A stretch of DNA of 64,000 bases from Polyangiaceae bacterium (GCA_965222375.1 CBDCTZ010000004.1:13435-77434), one strand, 5' to 3'. Shown: positions 1 to 10,870, numbered from the stretch's first letter. Notes: generated from the sequence alone by a model not told the origin. Numbers and translations are program-made.

Positions 1-1843
1 TGGGCCGAGGCTTTTTCTCTTGGGATTTTAGGGACTTGGCGGCTTTGTGCTCATCGCTGACGGGCTTAGTCCGGGGTTTCGCCGGGGGCGAGGCGGGCTC
101 GGCCTTGGCCACCGGAGGCGCCGCGGCGGGTTCGGGCTCCGGCTTCGGCGCGGGCTTGGCCGCGGAGGTCGCGGGCTCGGCAGGGGTGGGCGTCGTCGCC
201 GGCTCCGGGCCCTGGGCGGCCGCGGCCGGGCTGCTCGCAGCCTCGTCAGCCGGTGCACTCGCTTCCGGAGCATCGGCACGGGCGAAGAACACGACCGCCA
301 ACACCACGCCGCAGATCGACAGCAGAGCCGCAGCGGCCAAGAGCGAGAGCCAGCGGCGCGCCGAGCGACCAGCGGAGCTTGCCTGCATCATCTCGACAGG
401 CGGCGGCGTTTCCGCATTGTCGGCGGAGGCCATCGTGGCGAGGGGCACCGAAGTGCGCGTGGGCAGCTCGGAGTTGCCAACCGGTGAAGGCGAGTCGAGA
501 TCGCCAAACTCTTGGGTGCGCTCCCGCTCGGACTTGGGCGCGCCGTCATGGGGTGACGTCGCCTCCGCCAAGGTTCGATCCACGCTGGGGGGGCTTGGCA
601 GCGGCTCGTGCATCGCGGGTTCGCCGGGTGTGGTGGCCGACGCGCTCATCGCACTTTCCCCGTCTGCCACTCTGCCGGCAGTCGTCGCACTCGCCTGGTC
701 CACCGAGAACGGCGAGTGCGAATCCCGCACCGTCTCGACGGACGCGGTGACTTCTCCGGAGGGCCGGATGATCAACGTCGAGCCCGAGCCGCTGGGAGTC
801 ACCTGCGCGGGCGTCGTGTGAGCGTTTTCCAACTCGCTCCGGCCGGCGTCAGGTTGTGGCAACACGTCCGTCGGCTGACTCGCACTCGGGAGAGGAGCCG
901 TCTTGGCGGCGCTGGGGGCGAGCTTCGGCGACGCGTTTTCTTTGGTCGCGGCGTGGTAGTGAGCCGCCGGTGTGGGTGCAGCCGTGCTGACGGTTTGCCA
1001 ACGTTTTCCAAGACCTCTGAGGATCGCCGCAACTTGACAGGCGCTGGCTGGCCGCTCCGAGGGCACCTTGCGCAACAAACTCTGCACCAGATCGTCCAGC
1101 TCCGAGCCGACCTCGGGCACCCGCGCGCTGATGCGCGGTGGTTGGTGGGTCAAGTGGGCAAGCAGCATCTCCGGCGGATCAGCGCTGTCGTCGAAGGGGC
1201 CCGTGCCCGTGAGCATTTCGTAGATGAGCAAACCAACGGCGTAGAGGTCAGCACGGCCGTCCACGCTATCGCCCCGGGCTTGCTCGGGAGACATGTAGCG
1301 CGGTGTGCCAATGGCCATGCCCCGCGCCGTGATCACCTCGACACTGGAGTCGAGCAGTTTCGCGATCCCAAAGTCGAGCAACTTCACCCCGCCGCCTCGG
1401 AGCAGGTAGATGTTGGGCGGCTTGATATCCCGATGCACGATGCCGATATCGTGTGCGGCGCCGAGGCCCTCGGAGACCGCGGAGGCGATGGGCAATGCAT
1501 CGCGAATGCTCAGCCGACCCACTCGACGTAGTCGATCCGCAAGGGTTTCACCTTCTGCGCGCTCCATGACGTAGAAGTGCACGCCGTTGTCACTGGTACC
1601 GGCGTCGGTGACGTTGATGATGTTCGGGTGATCCAGGCGCCCCAGGGCGCGCCACTCGGTCCGAAGGCGTGCCACGAGATCTCTACGCCCCGCTAGCTCT
1701 CGAAACAGCGCCTTGAGCACGAAGCGTTTGCCCAACTCGACGTGCTCGACCTCGTACACGCTGCCCATGCCGCCCTCGCCGAGCAGCTTCAGAACGCGAT
1801 AACGCGCCCCCGGAACCAGCTGACCATCGGCAAACTCGCGCAT
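1..1843 (-). CDS. Hanks-type Ser/Thr protein kinase with C-terminal TM and Pro/Ala-rich region; 3' end runs off the window (not in ORF track)
   Basis: Manual translation from ATG 1843: MREFADGQLVPGARYRVLKLLGEGGMGSVY...HRDIKPPNIYL...LLDFGIA...GTPRYMSPEQ. Confidence 0.93.
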   Translation of the reverse strand, partial: MREFADGQLVPGARYRVLKLLGEGGMGSVYEVEHVELGKRFVLKALFRELAGRRDLVARLRTEWRALGRLDHPNIINVTDAGTSDNGVHFYVMERAEGETLADRLRRVGRLSIRDALPIASAVSEGLGAAHDIGIVHRDIKPPNIYLLRGGGVKLLDFGIAKLLDSSVEVITARGMAIGTPRYMSPEQARGDSVDGRADLYAVGLLIYEMLTGTGPFDDSADPPEMLLAHLTHQPPRISARVPEVGSELDDLVQSLLRKVPSERPASACQVAAILRGLGKRWQTVSTAAPTPAAHYHAATKENASPKLAPSAAKTAPLPSASQPTDVLPQPDAGRSELENAHTTPAQVTPSGSGSTLIIRPSGEVTASVETVRDSHSPFSVDQASATTAGRVADGESAMSASATTPGEPAMHEPLPSPPSVDRTLAEATSPHDGAPKSERERTQEFGDLDSPSPVGNSELPTRTSVPLATMASADNAETPPPVEMMQASSAGRSARRWLSLLAAAALLSICGVVLAVVFFARADAPEASAPADEAASSPAAAAQGPEPATTPTPAEPATSAAKPAPKPEPEPAAAPPVAKAEPASPPAKPRTKPVSDEHKAAKSLKSQEKKPRP

Positions 1844-1992
1844 GTTTCGCTTCTCGCCCGCGGAGAGCAGCGTGCGGCTGCCTCGGAACAACACCACCGA
1901 TGATATCGGCCCGGAAGCATCTGGTCGAGCTGGTGCGTTATTGCCCACAGAAGAACCCATCGGCCACGGGCTGGGACGATTGCGCGAAAAAA

Positions 1993-3414
1993 TCAGAGAT
2001 CTGTGGACCGTTCGGCCTCGTGCACGCTTTGGGCGATGCCGGCGCCTGTGGCCTTCGGCAGCAATAGAATCCCCAGGCCCACGCCCAGCACGCCAGCCGC
2101 CAAGGACCCCACCAACACGGCCACCTTGGCGACCCCGAGGGCGGCTGCATCCACGAAGGCCAACTGGGCGATGAACAGCGCCATGGTGAAGCCGATTCCA
2201 CCGACGGCACCCACCACCGCCAGGCCTCGCACATCGACTCCTCGGGGTAGCGACGCTAGCCCTAGTTTCACCGCCACCATGCTGAATGCGACGATTCCCA
2301 GGGGCTTGCCGAGCGCTAGCCCCAAACCGATGCCCACGGCGGTTGCCGTGGCGCCGACAGCACTCATGTCCACCGCGTCCAGTGTGACGCCGGCGTTGGC
2401 CAAGGCGAAGATCGGCATGATGCCGTAAGCGACCCAGGGGTGCAGTGCCGCTTCTAGCCGCACCACCGGCGCCACAGCTTCGCGGCGCGCGACTTCGATT
2501 CGGTCCAGGGGCAGCAGCAACGAATGCGCGTCTTGGTTCTTGTCGGAGCGCAGCTCGAACTCCCTGAGGGCGTCCCCCGCCTCGTTGATGAATCCTCGCT
2601 GCCCAAACCAGGAACGAACAGGGGTGAGCAACCCCATCATCACCCCGGCAATCGTGGGGTGAATGCCCGCGGTCAGCATACCGGCCCAGACCACCACGCC
2701 GGGCAGCACGTAGACCAAGGGCTGACGAACGCCCACCCGCTGCAACGCGTAGGCTCCGGCGACTCCTCCAGCAGCGATGGCGAGACCGATGAGCTGAATG
2801 CCAGAAGAGTAGAAGATCGCGATCACCAGAATCGCGCCGATGTCGTCGATGATCGCCAGGGCCAGCAGGAGCACTCGCAAAGCAGCGGGCACCCGCGGGC
2901 CCAGCAGGGTCAGGATCCCAACCGCAAAGGCGATGTCCGTCGCCATGGGCACGCCCCAACCTCGCTGGGACGGCGCGCCGAGGTTGAAGGCCAAATACAG
3001 CCCCGCTGGAACCAGCATGCCCCCGATGGCGGCGCTGATGGGAAGGGCCGCGCGTTTGAGCTCGCTCAACTCCCCTTGATGCATTTCGCGTCGAATTTCG
3101 AGGCCGACGACGAAGAAGAAGATCACCATCAAGCCATCGTTGATCCAGAAATGCACCGACTGCCGAAACACGAACTCACCCACTCCGAACACGACCGGCG
3201 CATGCCACAAGTGGTGGTAGCTTTCTTTCCACGGGGAGTTGGCCCAGACCATGGCCACGACCGCCGCGATGAGCAGGATGATCCCACTCGCGGCCTGAAT
3301 GCTCAGGAAACGCTCGATGGGGCGAACCAGCGCGAGCGCAGCCTGCCGTGCCGGCTCCCAGGTCTCCGGGGGCGGTTGCTCGACTTTCACCGGTGCGACA
3401 GAAGGAGAACCCAT
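1993..3414 (-). CDS. nhaA: Na+/H+ antiporter NhaA
   Basis: [53 protein letters not shown] motifs. Confidence 0.96.
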   Translation of the reverse strand: MGSPSVAPVKVEQPPPETWEPARQAALALVRPIERFLSIQAASGIILLIAAVVAMVWANSPWKESYHHLWHAPVVFGVGEFVFRQSVHFWINDGLMVIFFFVVGLEIRREMHQGELSELKRAALPISAAIGGMLVPAGLYLAFNLGAPSQRGWGVPMATDIAFAVGILTLLGPRVPAALRVLLLALAIIDDIGAILVIAIFYSSGIQLIGLAIAAGGVAGAYALQRVGVRQPLVYVLPGVVVWAGMLTAGIHPTIAGVMMGLLTPVRSWFGQRGFINEAGDALREFELRSDKNQDAHSLLLPLDRIEVARREAVAPVVRLEAALHPWVAYGIMPIFALANAGVTLDAVDMSAVGATATAVGIGLGLALGKPLGIVAFSMVAVKLGLASLPRGVDVRGLAVVGAVGGIGFTMALFIAQLAFVDAAALGVAKVAVLVGSLAAGVLGVGLGILLLPKATGAGIAQSVHEAERSTDL

Positions 3415-3480
3415 GAACTTACATCAGCGCCGCAAGCGCAAGTTGACTTGGTATTAGTTCAGCGCAACCGCAAGGGGTCG

Positions 3481-3936
3481 CTAGACCAGAATGCCCAGGA
3501 ACATCAGCACCACGCCGACCGCGCTGAGCAGGAGGTTGAGCACACCGAGGATCAGTCCAGCCATGGCAATGCCGTAGCCGCCCACCGCCGCGTCTGCTTT
3601 CGCAGCACGCATGCCCATGAACCCCGCAATGATCGCAGCTATTCCGGTCAAGGGTCCCAGGCAGAGCAGAAGTCCGCACACCAACGCGAGCACCGCGGCG
3701 GTACTCGCTGGCGGGTTCTCGCCCTTGGGCAGCCCCGTGGCGGGATCGATCGTCATTTGATGCATCGCGATCGTCTGCTTGCCGCCGGTGATGGGCTTGC
3801 CACCGGGGGGACCGCCGGGGGGCGCGAATCCACCGCCACCGGGTGCGAATCCACCACCACCGGGCGGTGCGCCGGGAGGCCCGAAACCACCGCCACCGTA
3901 CGGACCGCCGGGTGGGTAGCCACCACCCTGCGCCAT
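3481..3936 (-). CDS. DUF4190-like membrane protein with Gly/Pro-rich N-terminus
   Basis: GGYPPGGPYGGG low-complexity stretch then AVLALVCGLL...GYGIAMAGLILG two-TM pattern; start uncertain (3936 or 3966). Confidence 0.7.
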   Translation of the reverse strand: MAQGGGYPPGGPYGGGGFGPPGAPPGGGGFAPGGGGFAPPGGPPGGKPITGGKQTIAMHQMTIDPATGLPKGENPPASTAAVLALVCGLLLCLGPLTGIAAIIAGFMGMRAAKADAAVGGYGIAMAGLILGVLNLLLSAVGVVLMFLGILV

Positions 3937-4097
3937 CTGCAACGACGTGTCCGTTTCGCTGAGCATCGCCCCCCTTGTACCAAGGTCCGCGCGCCCTGGC
4001 ACCCGCAAGCGCATCGATTCGAGCCGGAGCCAGAATTTCCGGGGGCACGCAAGCCCGGCTAGCGAACCCTCGGGTCCTGAACTAGGTTGCCGGACTC

Positions 4098-4391
4098 ATG
4101 AGCATCACCCGGCAGAACGTGGAGCACATGGCCCGCCTGGCCCGGCTGGAGCTGACCGAATCGGACTGCGAGCAGCTTCGACAGCAGCTCGAATCCATCG
4201 TGGGCTACGTCGCCGAGCTTTCGTTCGTAGACACGGAGCACATTGCCCCGGATATGCCCCGTGCGGAGGCTGAGGCTGCCGTCCGCGAGGACCGCGTCTT
4301 GCCCGGATTGACCACCGAGGCGGCCCTCGAGCAGGCGCCCGAACGCACCGACGACAGCTTCAGCGTCCCAGCATTCGTAGACGAAGGATGA
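4098..4391 (+). CDS. gatC: Asp/Glu-tRNA amidotransferase subunit C
   Basis: ITRQNVEHMARLARL...REDRV...FSVP; ATGA overlap with gatA. Confidence 0.93.
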   Translation: MSITRQNVEHMARLARLELTESDCEQLRQQLESIVGYVAELSFVDTEHIAPDMPRAEAEAAVREDRVLPGLTTEAALEQAPERTDDSFSVPAFVDEG

Positions 4392-5890
4392 CCGACGCGC
4401 TCACCCGGCTCACGGCCATCGAGATCGCCACGCGGGTTCGCTCGGGAAACCTCAGCGCAGTGGAAGCGGCGCAGAGCTCGCTAGCCCGGGCACGGGCAAC
4501 CCGAGGCCTTGGGGCGTACTTGTCGCTGTTGGACGAGGACGCATTGCGCTGTGCCCGCGACATCGACGAGCGCCGGGCCCGGGGAGAGAGTCTTGGGCCG
4601 CTCGCCGGCGTCCCGCTCGCCGTCAAGGACGCGATCTGCACTCGCGGGCTGCCCACCACCGCGGGTTCGAAAATCCTGACCAAGGACGGAACGGTCAAAA
4701 CCGCCTGGCGCCCGCCCTACGACGCCGGCGTGATCGAGCGCCTGCGTCAGGCCGATGCGGTGCTCATCGCGAAGACGAATCTGGATGAATTCGCCATGGG
4801 CTCGTCCAACGAAAACAGCGCCTTCGGCGCGGCGAAAAACCCCTGGGATCCCACGCGCACGCCAGGTGGCTCGAGCGGCGGCAGCGCTGTTTCCGTCGCC
4901 GCAGAGGCGGTACCGCTGTCCCTGGGAAGCGACACCGGTGGCTCGATTCGCCAGCCCGCCGCCCTCACGGGCGTTGTCGGCGTCAAGCCGAGCTACGGAC
5001 GGGTCTCGCGCTACGGTCTGGTCGCCTTCGCGTCCAGTCTCGATCAGATCGGCCCCTTTGCCCGCAGCGTGCCGGATGCCGCGCGCATGCTTTCTGTGAT
5101 TGCCGGTCACGATCCTCGGGACTCGACGTCATCCCACCACGACGTGGACGACTACGAAGCTGCGTGCTCAGAGCCGGCCGCGGGCCTGCGGGTTGGGATC
5201 CCGAAGCAGTACTTCGGAGACGGCCTGAACGAAGCCGTTCGCAAAAAGGTGGAAGCCGGGCTCGAAAGCCTGAAGCGCGCCGGATGCGAACTGATCGACG
5301 TGGAGCTTCCCACCACCCAGCATGGCGTAGCGACGTACTACATCCTTGCGACGGCAGAAGCGTCGAGCAATCTGGCCCGTTTCGACGGAGTTCGCTTCGG
5401 TGCGCGCGCCAGTGGTGCGAAGGGGTTGGACGAACTCTACGCCCTCACGCGCGCCGAGGGCTTCGGCTCAGAGGTCAAACGGCGGATCTTGCTGGGCACC
5501 TACGTGCTGTCGGCAGGCTACTACGACGCCTACTACGACAAGGCCTGCCGCGTGCGTCGCCTGATCCGCGATGACTTCGCCCGGGTGTTCGAGCAGGTCG
5601 ACCTGATCGCCGGCCCCACGAGTCCCACTCCGGCGTTCCCGCTGGGCGAGCGGGTGGATGACCCCCTCGCGATGTATCTTGCCGACGTGTACACCCTACC
5701 GGCGAGTCTGGCTGGATTAGCCGCGATGAACGTGCCCGTCGGACTGACCGCGGCGAACAATGGCATCCCGGCGCTGCCCACGGGTCTGCAGTTGACCGCG
5801 CCGGCGTTCGAGGAGGCTCGACTGTTTCGTGCGGCGGCCGCGATCGAAAAGGACTTCCCCTTCACTCCACCCCCCGAGGAGACAGCGTGA
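4388..5890 (+). CDS. gatA: Asp/Glu-tRNA amidotransferase subunit A
   Basis: KTNLDEFAMGSS, GGSSGGSA, GSDTGGSIRQPA, EVKRRILLGTYVLSAGYYDAYY. Confidence 0.97.
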   Translation: MTDALTRLTAIEIATRVRSGNLSAVEAAQSSLARARATRGLGAYLSLLDEDALRCARDIDERRARGESLGPLAGVPLAVKDAICTRGLPTTAGSKILTKDGTVKTAWRPPYDAGVIERLRQADAVLIAKTNLDEFAMGSSNENSAFGAAKNPWDPTRTPGGSSGGSAVSVAAEAVPLSLGSDTGGSIRQPAALTGVVGVKPSYGRVSRYGLVAFASSLDQIGPFARSVPDAARMLSVIAGHDPRDSTSSHHDVDDYEAACSEPAAGLRVGIPKQYFGDGLNEAVRKKVEAGLESLKRAGCELIDVELPTTQHGVATYYILATAEASSNLARFDGVRFGARASGAKGLDELYALTRAEGFGSEVKRRILLGTYVLSAGYYDAYYDKACRVRRLIRDDFARVFEQVDLIAGPTSPTPAFPLGERVDDPLAMYLADVYTLPASLAGLAAMNVPVGLTAANNGIPALPTGLQLTAPAFEEARLFRAAAAIEKDFPFTPPPEETA

Positions 5891-6489
5891 GCGAAATCGA
5901 GACCGAGGTTCGCGTAGCCGGCGCCGAGGACGCCGCCGGAGTAGCGGACTTGTTCAAGCGCACAGGGTCCCCCTGCTTCTGCCGCTGGTGGCACTTCGAA
6001 GGCGACAAGAATTCCTGGCTCGACCGCTGCGCCAACTCGCCCGAGGACAGTGAAGCGGAGCTACGGGCGGCCTTCGCACAGCAGTCGCCCCAAGCCCAAG
6101 GCATCGTCGCCGTGGGATCAGACGGACGCATCGTGGGCTGGATGAAGCTGACCCCGAACACTGCCGTCACGAAGATCTACGGCCAGAAGCTGTATCGAGG
6201 TCTGCCCTGCTTCCAAGGCGACCGAGCCGGCGTGTGGACTCTCGGCTGCCTGCTGATCGACGAATCGCACCGAGCCAGCGGCCTGAGCGGCGCCATGGTC
6301 CGCGCAGGGCTTGCGATGGCGCGGCGCGCAGGCGCACGCGCTGTTGAGGCGTTCCCGCGGCGAGCGGAGGGGCTGGCGCCCGAAGAGAAATGGACGGGAA
6401 GCTTCCGCACGCTGACCCGAGAGGGTTTTGCGGTCGTGCATGAGTTCGGCCCGTATCCAGTTGTGCGATGCGAGCTGGGATCGGAATAG
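5887..6489 (+). CDS. GNAT-family N-acetyltransferase
   Basis: CFCRWW N-terminal motif, HRASGLSGAMV acetyl-CoA motif-like, AVEAFP; GTGA overlap with gatA. Confidence 0.75.
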   Translation: MSEIETEVRVAGAEDAAGVADLFKRTGSPCFCRWWHFEGDKNSWLDRCANSPEDSEAELRAAFAQQSPQAQGIVAVGSDGRIVGWMKLTPNTAVTKIYGQKLYRGLPCFQGDRAGVWTLGCLLIDESHRASGLSGAMVRAGLAMARRAGARAVEAFPRRAEGLAPEEKWTGSFRTLTREGFAVVHEFGPYPVVRCELGSE

Positions 6490-7676
6490 TCGCCGCAGCG
6501 GTCCTGGGAGGATCCCTCCAACTGAGCTGCGAGCGCTGCAGCCGGCGCAGCGCCCCGACCGGCCCCAGCGCCACAGCGAGTTCCGTAGACCTCGATGTAC
6601 CCAAGACCCCACTGGTGAAGACCGGCAAAGTCGGCAAGCAGCACGTCGCCAAGGGGATCGGGCTGCCAGCAAACTGCCGCGTGGAGTTCCCAATCCGCAC
6701 CCTGGCCGTGGGCTCCCGCGATTTGAGATTCGGCTCTACCCGCTCGCATCTGTTCGAGATTGCTTTGCTCGAGCAAAAGGGCGACAGCCTGGCAGGGTCG
6801 TCCATCTTCAACTTCGAAACCGGCAAGTCGACGTCGTCACCCTGGCTGCGGGCCGACGCGCCTCCACCCTGGGACCGCGCAAGCAGCGGCTGGATTGCTG
6901 GGCTCACCAAGCCCAAAGAGGGCACGGTGCACAGCGCCACATTCTGGCGCGCGGCGGGATTCGCGAAACCGGGGGTAGACGGCGACCAGATGGAAGTCGC
7001 CGACCTGGTCTGCGACGGCGACACCTGCGCCATGCTCACCAGTCTTGCTCGCGAATCCAGGGCCCCTGGCGCGAGCCTCGCATGGTCCGACGGCCACCCT
7101 CCCATGCACATCGCCACGCCCGGCATCGAGCCCTGGCAGCCCTTGTCCATCCTGCACCTCTCGGCGCAGGATCACAAGGCCACCGTGTCACTACAGGCCG
7201 ACGGCAGCGTCATACTGTGGTCGATCGCCGGAAGTTCGGCCAAGGCCGGTGGCAGGTTGCTCGCTCCCCATGGGATCTATGACGTCGTCGCAGCCAGATC
7301 GCCCCTGGTCATCGCGCCGGCGATCGCGCCGAGGGGCAAGTGCCGGGATGGCCAATTTCCGCTTCGCACTCACCGAATGGGCGGCGAAACGGCGGACTTC
7401 AACGTCTCGGGTGCTCCCCACGGCGTCTATGCACGTCCCCTGAGCGGCGGGGTCATCGTGGCGTGGATCGCCCCGGCAAGCTGTCGCCTGACTGAACGGA
7501 CCACCGTCGGAGCGATCCTGCTGGACCCAACCGGCAAGCCCATTGGCTCTCCGATGGTCGTGGCTGAAGCAAGCGGGTTCGCGATTTCCACCCAAGGGGA
7601 TCGCGTCGCGATGTGGCTGCTCGTCGACCAACAGCTGAAGCACCTGACGGCGCGTTGCAGGCTACCGGGCCAATAG
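6468..7676 (+). CDS. hypothetical secreted/lipoprotein, beta-rich
   Basis: 402-aa ORF with hydrophobic N-terminus followed by Cys; overlaps GNAT stop. Confidence 0.6.
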   Translation: MRAGIGIVAAAVLGGSLQLSCERCSRRSAPTGPSATASSVDLDVPKTPLVKTGKVGKQHVAKGIGLPANCRVEFPIRTLAVGSRDLRFGSTRSHLFEIALLEQKGDSLAGSSIFNFETGKSTSSPWLRADAPPPWDRASSGWIAGLTKPKEGTVHSATFWRAAGFAKPGVDGDQMEVADLVCDGDTCAMLTSLARESRAPGASLAWSDGHPPMHIATPGIEPWQPLSILHLSAQDHKATVSLQADGSVILWSIAGSSAKAGGRLLAPHGIYDVVAARSPLVIAPAIAPRGKCRDGQFPLRTHRMGGETADFNVSGAPHGVYARPLSGGVIVAWIAPASCRLTERTTVGAILLDPTGKPIGSPMVVAEASGFAISTQGDRVAMWLLVDQQLKHLTARCRLPGQ

Positions 7677-9668
7677 GGTCGCGCGAAACCCTGGCGCCAC
7701 CGTCACCCCCGCGGACAGCCCGATGAACGCAGCGCGCAGCGCGTCTTCCGAGCGCATGCGCCCTTCGAGCACGCGCCGCTCGATGCTGCGGAACAGCGCT
7801 GCCGCACCGACGACCTGTCCCAGGGCGCTGCGCTCCGCAGGCGTGAGCCCGAGTTCGCTCAGCGCTACGTTGGCCGCTGGGTTGCGCGCCAAGGGGCTCG
7901 CTCCGCAACCACGAAGCGCTTCCCATAGATCTTCTTCGCTGTAGCCGTGACGCACGGCCGCGCTCACCAGCTCCCAAGCCGTTCGCGTGGACGGCACGAC
8001 CTCGTCTAGGCTTTGTTCCCCACTGCAGAACTCCACGAATCCAACTCGCCACCGGCCGAGCTGCACGAATCGGCTCTCGAGCTGATCCGTAAGCAGCCGA
8101 ACCAACTCCGGGGGCCGCAATAGCCCGCGCCGCACCAGCATTTCTCCGAGGTGCACGCAACCTTCGGCACAGAGTTCCAGGGAGCGGATCACTTCCGCCC
8201 GGCTGACCAACCCATGGGCCACGATCCGCTCCCCCAGCAGTTCACTTGCTTGGGTGGAGCTGACCAGATAGGGCGTTCCCTCGCGTAGGAACACGCGGGC
8301 TTCTTTGCGCCCGTCGCGCAAAACCAGCATTCCGTTTTCGCGTCGCCGCACCAGGCCGTACAACATGGCTGGCAAGTACTTCAGTGTGACGGGTTGGGCC
8401 CTCGAGGTCATCGCCGGTGACCCAAAACGAAACGCTGGTCGCACTGCGAGGCGCCGCAACTCCACGACCTCCAGCAGCGGCACATCCGGGCTGCCATCCA
8501 CGGAGACCCGCGTCGACGCGTTCGCCCGGCCCGTGGCAACGCACTCCAAGGCTTCCGAAAGGGCTAAGGGGCGGCCGTCATCCAGTTGATACCGCCCGGG
8601 CGTCGTCACAGGAGTGAGCGCAGCGGGCGGCATGCTGCGCCGAGCCCGCTCCGCGACTCGCTCCGCTTGTCGGACGATGTCGTCGGGATCGCTGGGGGGC
8701 GATTGCGCCGGGCGCGTGCCGCTCTGGGAGGACAGCACCCCCAGAGACATGAGCCATGGCAACAGCGACGACTCGGCCAATACGGCGTTTTCAGCCCGCG
8801 CCACCCGGCGAAGCGCTTCCGCAAACTCCTGCGCACTTTCGAAACGATCTTCGGGTTTGCGGGCTAGCGCGCGGCGCAGCATCTCGACGGCCCCGCCCGG
8901 CAAGCTGTCCGCATGAGCCTCCAGGACTTGCAGATCGGCTTCGTAGATCCGAGTCAGCACTTCCATCTCGCTCTGACCGGGGAATAGCGGTCGAGCAAGC
9001 AGCATCTCCGCAAGTACGATCCCGACGGCGAACACGTCCGTGCGACTGTCCACATCGCCACCGATGGTCTGCTCTGGAGCCATGTAACCCAGCTTGCCCT
9101 TGAGCTCCCCGGGATAGGTACGGCGATCCACGAAGGCGCTGCGGACGATTCCGAAGTCCGTCAGCTTCACTTCGCCCGCCCGCCCTAGCAAGATGTTCCC
9201 GGGAGAGACATCTCGGTGCACGATCCCAAAGGGCCGTCCATGCTCGTCTTCGGCGGCGTGGGCGAACGAGAGCGCACGAAGAACTTCGTGGATCAAGAAC
9301 AGCGCCGCGGCGATGGGAAAGCGCTGCCCCTTCGCGGCAACGAAGCGCAGGAGTTTCGCGCAGCTGACGCCGTCCACGTACTCCAGCGCCATGAACAGCT
9401 CGCCATCGTGCTCGCCGAAATCCACGACCTGAACGATGTTGGGGTGCGCCAAGGCCGCGCAAATCCTCGCCTCGTCGCAGAACATGGCGACGAAGCGAGG
9501 GTCCTTGGCAAGCTGGGGCAAGATGCGCTTGATGGCGAAGCGTTTCAGAAATCCGTGGGGCCCACCGCGACGCGCAACAAACACCTCCGCCATGCCGCCT
9601 GCGCCGAGGCGTTCTCCGAGCTCGTAGGGTCCGAGCCGGCGACCCGAAACGACGCGAAGTACTCCCAC
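7662..9668 (-). CDS. Ser/Thr kinase fused to GYF-like and DUF4388/PatA-N domains with MshEN-like repeats
   Basis: LGAGGMAEVF, HRDVSPGNIL, DFG, GKLGYMAPEQ; C-terminal ENGMLVLRDG..RVFLREG and LGxxLVxxGL repeats; start set at GTG 9668. Confidence 0.88.
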   Translation of the reverse strand: MGVLRVVSGRRLGPYELGERLGAGGMAEVFVARRGGPHGFLKRFAIKRILPQLAKDPRFVAMFCDEARICAALAHPNIVQVVDFGEHDGELFMALEYVDGVSCAKLLRFVAAKGQRFPIAAALFLIHEVLRALSFAHAAEDEHGRPFGIVHRDVSPGNILLGRAGEVKLTDFGIVRSAFVDRRTYPGELKGKLGYMAPEQTIGGDVDSRTDVFAVGIVLAEMLLARPLFPGQSEMEVLTRIYEADLQVLEAHADSLPGGAVEMLRRALARKPEDRFESAQEFAEALRRVARAENAVLAESSLLPWLMSLGVLSSQSGTRPAQSPPSDPDDIVRQAERVAERARRSMPPAALTPVTTPGRYQLDDGRPLALSEALECVATGRANASTRVSVDGSPDVPLLEVVELRRLAVRPAFRFGSPAMTSRAQPVTLKYLPAMLYGLVRRRENGMLVLRDGRKEARVFLREGTPYLVSSTQASELLGERIVAHGLVSRAEVIRSLELCAEGCVHLGEMLVRRGLLRPPELVRLLTDQLESRFVQLGRWRVGFVEFCSGEQSLDEVVPSTRTAWELVSAAVRHGYSEEDLWEALRGCGASPLARNPAANVALSELGLTPAERSALGQVVGAAALFRSIERRVLEGRMRSEDALRAAFIGLSAGVTVAPGFRATLLAR

Positions 9669-9802
9669 AGTCCATCTAGAATACTTCGAAAACCGCCCGG
9701 GCGGGAGGCGACGACGACGATCGGGCCGAGAACCACCTTCCCCTACGTCGTCCCCAAGAAGCCAATGCCATTTTTTCGGGCATCGACTAGGTTCAAGGCG
9801 GG

Positions 9803-10870
9803 ATGAAGAAGCGCGCTCGAACCTCCGCCACAGAGCGACAGCGCTCACGGCGCCGCGGCGCCGCCATCTCGAAATCGGCGCCCCCGCACTCTTGCGTGGC
9901 CATCACCGGCGCGCAGTCTTTTCTAGGTCGAAATCTGATCGGCCTGCTGGAAGAAGATCCGCGAGTTGGACGAATCATCGCCCTCGACCAGGCCGCCCCG
10001 GATACCGCGGGGGCCAAGACGCACTTCTACGAGTTGGACTTGAGCCATCCCGTAGCAGAAGAACGCCTGACCGAAATCTGTGGCGCCGAAAACGTCGAGT
10101 GCCTGACCCATCTTGGATTCCTCGAAACGCCCACCCATGCCTCCGCTTGGGCGCATGAGTTCGAAAGTGTGGGCACGATGCACGTCTTGAACGCATGTCG
10201 GCGAAGCAACGTCACCAAATTCGTGATGCGAAGCCAGACCGCCTTGTATGGCGCGCACCCGACCAATCCGAACTATTTGACTGAGCGTCACCCACTGCGG
10301 GCGCGCCGGGACCAGCCCTACTTCGCGGACAAAATCGAGGCGGAGCGGGACGCTCAGCACTTCGGTCCGCCCGGCTCCGGGCGGACTGTCACCATCCTGC
10401 GCATGGCTCCAATCTTGGGACCTGGGATCAAGACGGCGACCACTCGCTACCTCGGCCGACGCGCGGTTCCCACTCTGCTCGGATTCGATCCGCTATGGCA
10501 GTTCTTGCATGAGGCGGACGCGGTTGCGGCGCTCAAGCTCGCGGTCAATCGCAACGTTGCGGGAATCTTCAACGTCGTGAGCCAAGGTGTTCTGCCTCTG
10601 TCCACGGCAATCAAACTCGCGGGCCGAGTCAATGTGCCGTTGCCGGGGCCCTTCGCTCGCTCCTTGGCGCGGGGCTTGTGGATCGCGCATCTGCTCGAAG
10701 CCCCGCCGGCGTTCTTGGACTATCTGCAGTACATCTGCGTGGCAGACGGCAAGGCCGCCGCCGAACAACTGGGTTTCGTGCCGGTCTTCACGACTCGAGA
10801 AGCCGTGATCGATTTTGCAAACGCTCAGCACCTTCGGGATGTGAGACTACTTTCGGAGGAAGCGACATGA
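9803..10870 (+). CDS. NAD-dependent epimerase/dehydratase (extended SDR)
   Basis: AITGAQSFLG Rossmann motif, YFADK (YxxxK), DPLWQFLHEAD. Confidence 0.88.
   Translation: MKKRARTSATERQRSRRRGAAISKSAPPHSCVAITGAQSFLGRNLIGLLEEDPRVGRIIALDQAAPDTAGAKTHFYELDLSHPVAEERLTEICGAENVECLTHLGFLETPTHASAWAHEFESVGTMHVLNACRRSNVTKFVMRSQTALYGAHPTNPNYLTERHPLRARRDQPYFADKIEAERDAQHFGPPGSGRTVTILRMAPILGPGIKTATTRYLGRRAVPTLLGFDPLWQFLHEADAVAALKLAVNRNVAGIFNVVSQGVLPLSTAIKLAGRVNVPLPGPFARSLARGLWIAHLLEAPPAFLDYLQYICVADGKAAAEQLGFVPVFTTREAVIDFANAQHLRDVRLLSEEAT

Noticed and set aside
3800..3930. GC-rich direct repeats
   Set aside because: Encode the ordinary Gly/Pro low-complexity N-terminus of the DUF4190-like protein
2524..4062. 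Long antisense ORF (512 aa) and similar shadow ORFs across the window
   Set aside because: Overlap well-supported genes on the opposite strand; expected in high-GC DNA; no motifs
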